Assembly (NCBI GenBank): GCA_963666485.2
Contig: CAXXUO010000004.1
Coordinates: forward strand, 32,001-96,000
Direction of reading: 5' to 3'
Source of the DNA: Syntrophorhabdaceae bacterium
Lineage (GTDB): Bacteria; Desulfobacterota; Syntrophorhabdia; Syntrophorhabdales; Syntrophorhabdaceae
DNA: 64,000 nucleotides
Made by a program: the position numbers and the translations under genes. The notes beneath the pieces were generated by a model. The model made no database searches. It saw only the letters and a program-made list of their open reading frames with translations, and was not told where the DNA came from. Below are positions 60,157-64,000 of the stretch, piece after piece. Numbering within the stretch: the stretch's first letter is position 1; every line of letters begins with the position of its first letter.

Positions 60157-61081
60157 TGCTATATTGATTTCTCCTTATCACTTTATAACCCTTGACCAAT
60201 TCTTCTATTCCCTGTTGGATAGAATACGTCGGCGCATAGCCCTTAGACTCGATCTTCTCATTGCTCACCATGTAGTCCCTCTTATCGGGATCTTCACCAA
60301 CCGCGGCCTCAACAAAGTAAAAGTCCGGCACCTGTTTCTTTATCTCCTCGCAAAGCTGCCATTTGCTTAAGTTGGCCGAACTGAGCCCCACATTGTACGG
60401 CTCATTCTTCATTGACCCGAAATTGTTCAGGCAATGCACGAATGCGCGGGCCACGTCCCTGACATGTATATAGTTCCGCATGAAATGCGCCTCGAACAAC
60501 ACGAGGAAACGGTCGTTCACGGCCCTGAAGGTGAAGTCGTTAACGAGAAGGTCGAGCCTCATGCGGGGGCTTATCCCGAAAACCGTGGCGAGCCGCAACG
60601 TTATGGCATTCCCGCTCTCCAGGAGGTCCTGTTCGGCCTTAACCTTTAACCGGCCATACAGGGAAATCGGGTTCATCGGCGTTTTTTCCGTGCACTGTAT
60701 GCCCTGCTGGCCGATGCCGTAGCCGCTGTTTGTCGTCGGGAATATTATGATCTGCGAGGCGGACCGTAATTCGAGGATCATCTTGATCGCATCGTAATTG
60801 ATGGACTGCGCTTCAAGCGGGAGCTTATTGCACAATGGCGCACCCACGAGGCAAGCCAGGGGAAAGATCGCATCGGCGTCACGCATCGCAGCCGATACCG
60901 TGGGACGGTCCCGGACATCGCCTTTGATGATCCTCAATTCTTTCCGATGGCAGCAATCGAGAAGCGAAGGCTGATCATAGAGGAAATTATCCAGCACTGT
61001 CACTTCGTGCCCCTGGTCCAGGAGGACCGGGACCATCACGGAGCCTATGTAGCCGGCCCCTCCCGTTACAAGTATTTTCAT
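60149..61081 (-). CDS. SDR, GDP-D-glycero-D-manno-heptose C4-dehydrogenase-like (C. jejuni Cj1427-like)
   Basis: PLACLVGAPLC, TNSGYGIG, RLATVFGISPRMRLDLLVNDF, NVGLSSANL and GEDPDKRDY match Cj1427 as recalled. Start MKILVTGG at 61081. Confidence 0.82.
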   Translation of the reverse strand: MKILVTGGAGYIGSVMVPVLLDQGHEVTVLDNFLYDQPSLLDCCHRKELRIIKGDVRDRPTVSAAMRDADAIFPLACLVGAPLCNKLPLEAQSINYDAIKMILELRSASQIIIFPTTNSGYGIGQQGIQCTEKTPMNPISLYGRLKVKAEQDLLESGNAITLRLATVFGISPRMRLDLLVNDFTFRAVNDRFLVLFEAHFMRNYIHVRDVARAFVHCLNNFGSMKNEPYNVGLSSANLSKWQLCEEIKKQVPDFYFVEAAVGEDPDKRDYMVSNEKIESKGYAPTYSIQQGIEELVKGYKVIRRNQYSNV

Positions 61082-62043
61082 AAAGCCCCCTTTTCTTTGC
61101 TGATTCCTGAGATCCAATTTTTTACCGACTCCTTGTCGAAGCCGCTCTGCCGGTACAGGAAATCGCGGCTGCCGAACTTGAAAATGTATTCGTCCTTGAA
61201 ACCAAAACTCTTTATGAACCTGGTCCCATGCCCGGCGAGCAGATTAAGAATGAGACTATCCAGGCCGCCCTTTCCCGTAAAGGCCTCTTCTAAGACGGCT
61301 ATCACATCATAATCCTTGAGAAGGCCCGACAATGCCGCTTCGTTCGGAGATTTCAGGTTGAACACGTCAATAACGCCTATCCTGCGATCAGCCATCTCGG
61401 AGGAGATCTGCAGGGCCATGTGCGTTGTATACCCCGAGGACACAAGGCACAACCGATCTCCTTTGGCCAGTTCGTAAAAACCCTCCTCGTAAGACGGCGA
61501 CATCGTATCATCATAAATGGACGGCAAAGGCTTGCCGTCAAGCCGGATATACTTCGGCACTCTTGTCTTCAATGAATAATCGACGAAGTTCCGGGCCAGA
61601 ACGTAATCGCTGGGAGACGCCACAACGAGGTTGGGAAGGGTCCTCATGACCGATATATCCTCGAGGCAATGGTGCGTCGGGCCCGAGACATCATAGCTCA
61701 CTCCCGCACCGACCCCGATCATATTCACGTTGATGGGCCGGACCTGGGATGAGAGCGCAAGGTTAACGCGCATCTGCTCGAAAGACCGGATCAGGAAGGA
61801 GGCTATGGCATAGCCATATACGGTGAAACCCTCCAGGGCCAGGCCTGTCGCAACGTTCACGAGATTTTGCTCGGCAATACCCACGTTAATGAACCGGTCT
61901 TTGAAGACTTCGCGCAGTTTGTCAAGAAGCGGGGCCCCCATGTCGGCGGACAGGAAAAAGATGCTCTCGTCTTCGTGCATTTTGTCGTAAAGCCTTTCCA
62001 GTAAGGCATCACGCATGGTCATCATTTTTTTTGCAGTACTCAT
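61078..62043 (-). CDS. Transketolase-like protein, C-terminal (pyrimidine-binding) subunit
   Basis: Motifs SADMG, NVGIAEQN, EQMR, GPTHHCLED and YIRL. Confidence 0.9.
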   Translation of the reverse strand: MSTAKKMMTMRDALLERLYDKMHEDESIFFLSADMGAPLLDKLREVFKDRFINVGIAEQNLVNVATGLALEGFTVYGYAIASFLIRSFEQMRVNLALSSQVRPINVNMIGVGAGVSYDVSGPTHHCLEDISVMRTLPNLVVASPSDYVLARNFVDYSLKTRVPKYIRLDGKPLPSIYDDTMSPSYEEGFYELAKGDRLCLVSSGYTTHMALQISSEMADRRIGVIDVFNLKSPNEAALSGLLKDYDVIAVLEEAFTGKGGLDSLILNLLAGHGTRFIKSFGFKDEYIFKFGSRDFLYRQSGFDKESVKNWISGISKEKGAL

Positions 62044-62855
62044 TTCTCACCCGAAAGCAAATCGTCTATTTCGGCTCCCGTGAGGGACCTTATATGACAG
62101 AGATCATCCGTTTCCAGACGAGGCACGCCCCGCCCTTTCCTTGTGTGGACGATCGCCACTGAAGGCCGGTCCCCTTTTTGACGGACCAGGCCATTCAACC
62201 CCTCGTACAATTTCTTGAGATCATGGCCGTCGACAATGCAAATATTCCAATCAAATGCCGAGAACTTTTGCTCCAGGGGTTCAAGCCCAAGGATGTCCTT
62301 CTGGTAACCCAGCATGGACAATTTATTATTGTCTATTAACAAAATAATGTTATCCAGTTTATGGAAAGAGGCGAACATTACCGCCTCCCATATTGCCCCT
62401 GCATTCAGCTCTCCGTCGCCGCACAGAACAAACACCTTGTTGTCCATTTGTTTCTTCTTCAACGCCAGTGCAATTCCGCAGGCTACACCGAGCCCATGTC
62501 CGAGGGACCCGTTGATCGTTTCAAATCCCGGGATTATGGTATCGGGAATCACACCGAGAAAGGACTCTTCCCGGGAGATCATGTCCAATTCGGCCATCTC
62601 GAAAAACCCCGTGTCGGCAAGGACCGGGTACAGTGAGATCGCCCCGTGCCCCTTGCTTATGATCAACCTGTCCCTGTCCGGCAAAAACGGGTCCCTGGGA
62701 TCGTACTTCATCAGTCCGCCGTAAAACAGCAGCACGAATATCTCGATATCGGAAAGGGACGAGGCGAGCCGGGTTTCCGGGGCCCGGCGATGCAGCAGAA
62801 GCGTCTGGCACCAGACCCAATCCACCTTTCGCTTCAATTCTTCAAAGTCAACCAT
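62040..62855 (-). CDS. Transketolase-like protein, N-terminal (ThDP-binding) subunit
   Basis: Motifs RDRLIISKGHG, GSLGHGLG and ThDP-binding GDGE...DNN. Confidence 0.9.
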   Translation of the reverse strand: MVDFEELKRKVDWVWCQTLLLHRRAPETRLASSLSDIEIFVLLFYGGLMKYDPRDPFLPDRDRLIISKGHGAISLYPVLADTGFFEMAELDMISREESFLGVIPDTIIPGFETINGSLGHGLGVACGIALALKKKQMDNKVFVLCGDGELNAGAIWEAVMFASFHKLDNIILLIDNNKLSMLGYQKDILGLEPLEQKFSAFDWNICIVDGHDLKKLYEGLNGLVRQKGDRPSVAIVHTRKGRGVPRLETDDLCHIRSLTGAEIDDLLSGEK

Positions 62856-62880
62856 GTCTCAACCATCCTGATAGGCCAGT

Positions 62881-63354
62881 TCAAAATACCTGGTTTCTTT
62901 TTCCGTCCAGAAAATCCCGGAGAGGACGTATCCCCGGATCCACTATGTTGTCCGGCAGGCTATCCTGTGAAAAAAAACGGACTTCGTAACTCTCTTCGCT
63001 CGGCCTCAATTCCCCGGATACGACGACGGCCGTAAATATGGCGTCTATGATATGCGCAAGGTCGCCGTTGTCCGGGTAGCACACAATCCGGCCATCCAGA
63101 GGATCGGAATACATCCCCAGGAATCCCGTGATCTCGACGTCGAGCCCGGTCTCTTCGCGTATCTCGCGAATAGCAGTTTCTCGTAAAGTCTCACCCGGCA
63201 AGACAGCACCTCCCGGGAGCCCCCACATGCCGTTGTCCCGTCGCCGTTCGAGAAGGATCTCGCCTTTCTCATTCACCACAAAAGCCCCCGACCCTATCTT
63301 GACGCGGGTCAGTCCGGGTTTCTGGACACGGGTAGAATACATAGATACCGTCAC
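62881..63354 (-). CDS. Nudix hydrolase
   Basis: Nudix box GGAVLPGETLRETAIREIREETGL. Confidence 0.9.
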   Translation of the reverse strand: MTVSMYSTRVQKPGLTRVKIGSGAFVVNEKGEILLERRRDNGMWGLPGGAVLPGETLRETAIREIREETGLDVEITGFLGMYSDPLDGRIVCYPDNGDLAHIIDAIFTAVVVSGELRPSEESYEVRFFSQDSLPDNIVDPGIRPLRDFLDGKRNQVF

Positions 63355-64000
63355 GTCCGTCCCAGTATTTCGTGTGCACTGCCATATGATTCCGGCGTGC
63401 CTATGTCGATGAACTTCCCCTTCGTCACGTAAGCATAAACTCCTCTGGGCAAAATAGCAGGCATTATCTCTCTCTCGAACGAAACGACGGTGTCGGGCTG
63501 GACGCCGTCAAAGACCTTTCTGTTTATCAGGTAGACTCCTGCATTGATGTAACCGCCCTGACCGTCATCCTTCTTCTCCTCAAACGCAAGGACTCGTCCC
63601 GTACCGTCAAACGTCACCCTGCCAAACCTGCTGGCGTCATCCACACTGACGACCGTCAGGGTGACAAGGGCCCCGCACTCTGTATGCATTCTCATAAGCT
63701 CCCTGAGATCAACATCCACGAATGAGTCACCGTTCAGCACAAAAACATCTTCGGTCCTCGTAAGGTCGAGTGCCTTCTTGATGCCGCCGCCGGTCCCCAA
63801 CAGTTCCCTTTCGATCGAAAAATCTACATCAAAAGGAAGATCGGGGCGATCCCTATACAATTCGATGACCTGTTCGGCCATGTGCCCTGCGGCGAACACC
63901 AGTTTCGCGGCGACCCCGCTCGACTTCAACATGTCCACGATAATATCGAGAAACGGCCGGCCGTCGACCAGCGCGACAACCTTCTGACGGTCTTTAACCA
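63351..64000 (-). CDS. hddC: D-glycero-D-manno-heptose 1-phosphate guanylyltransferase-like nucleotidyltransferase (5' end outside window)
   Basis: Frame is open to the window end (GRPFLD). Motifs LGTGGGI, VLNGDSF, FEEK, INAGVY, SFERE and FIDIGTPE. Context with hddA, gmhA and gmhB. Confidence 0.8.
   Translation of the reverse strand, partial: VKDRQKVVALVDGRPFLDIIVDMLKSSGVAAKLVFAAGHMAEQVIELYRDRPDLPFDVDFSIERELLGTGGGIKKALDLTRTEDVFVLNGDSFVDVDLRELMRMHTECGALVTLTVVSVDDASRFGRVTFDGTGRVLAFEEKKDDGQGGYINAGVYLINRKVFDGVQPDTVVSFEREIMPAILPRGVYAYVTKGKFIDIGTPESYGSAHEILGRT

Overview
Bacterial chromosomal window. The gene content suggests a deltaproteobacterial, possibly Syntrophorhabdus-like anaerobe, but that is inference only. 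Bases 1-13.65 kb hold core or ordinary genes: a 5'-truncated membrane-anchored TPR protein with a CCHC zinc knuckle and a degenerate cyclase-like segment, a hypothetical protein, cheY-cheX, a UAP1-type UDP-sugar pyrophosphorylase, recG-pyk-deacetylase-GNAT, a macro domain protein, pyrE and engB. Three intergenic repeat structures lie in this part: a WPE/REP-like palindrome pair flanked by mirror-image 20-bp tandem arrays, a heptamer-built inverted-repeat element, and GTTCAAG heptamer tracts. From 13.66 kb to the window end and beyond runs an uninterrupted minus-strand surface-glycan locus of more than 50 kb and about 45 genes. It contains (a) a GDP-heptose pathway (hddC, hddA, gmhA, gmhB, Cj1427/Cj1428/Cj1430-like enzymes) with an atypical split transketolase, an aldo-keto reductase, two methyltransferases and a GT2/GT-C/flippase-like trio; (b) a Bordetella wbmIHGF-like diamino-uronamide module; (c) an fnlA/RmlD-like/2-epimerase module pointing to L-QuiNAc; and (d) several flippases (two fused to other membrane domains), two initiating phosphoglycosyl transferases and a CapD/PglF-type dehydratase. 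Genes at 13.0-18.3 kb and 26.7-27.5 kb are broken by single-base indels, mostly in homopolymers, which are probably assembly errors. No rRNA, tRNA, CRISPR array or transposase was recognised. All family assignments come from motif recognition and memory, not database searches.
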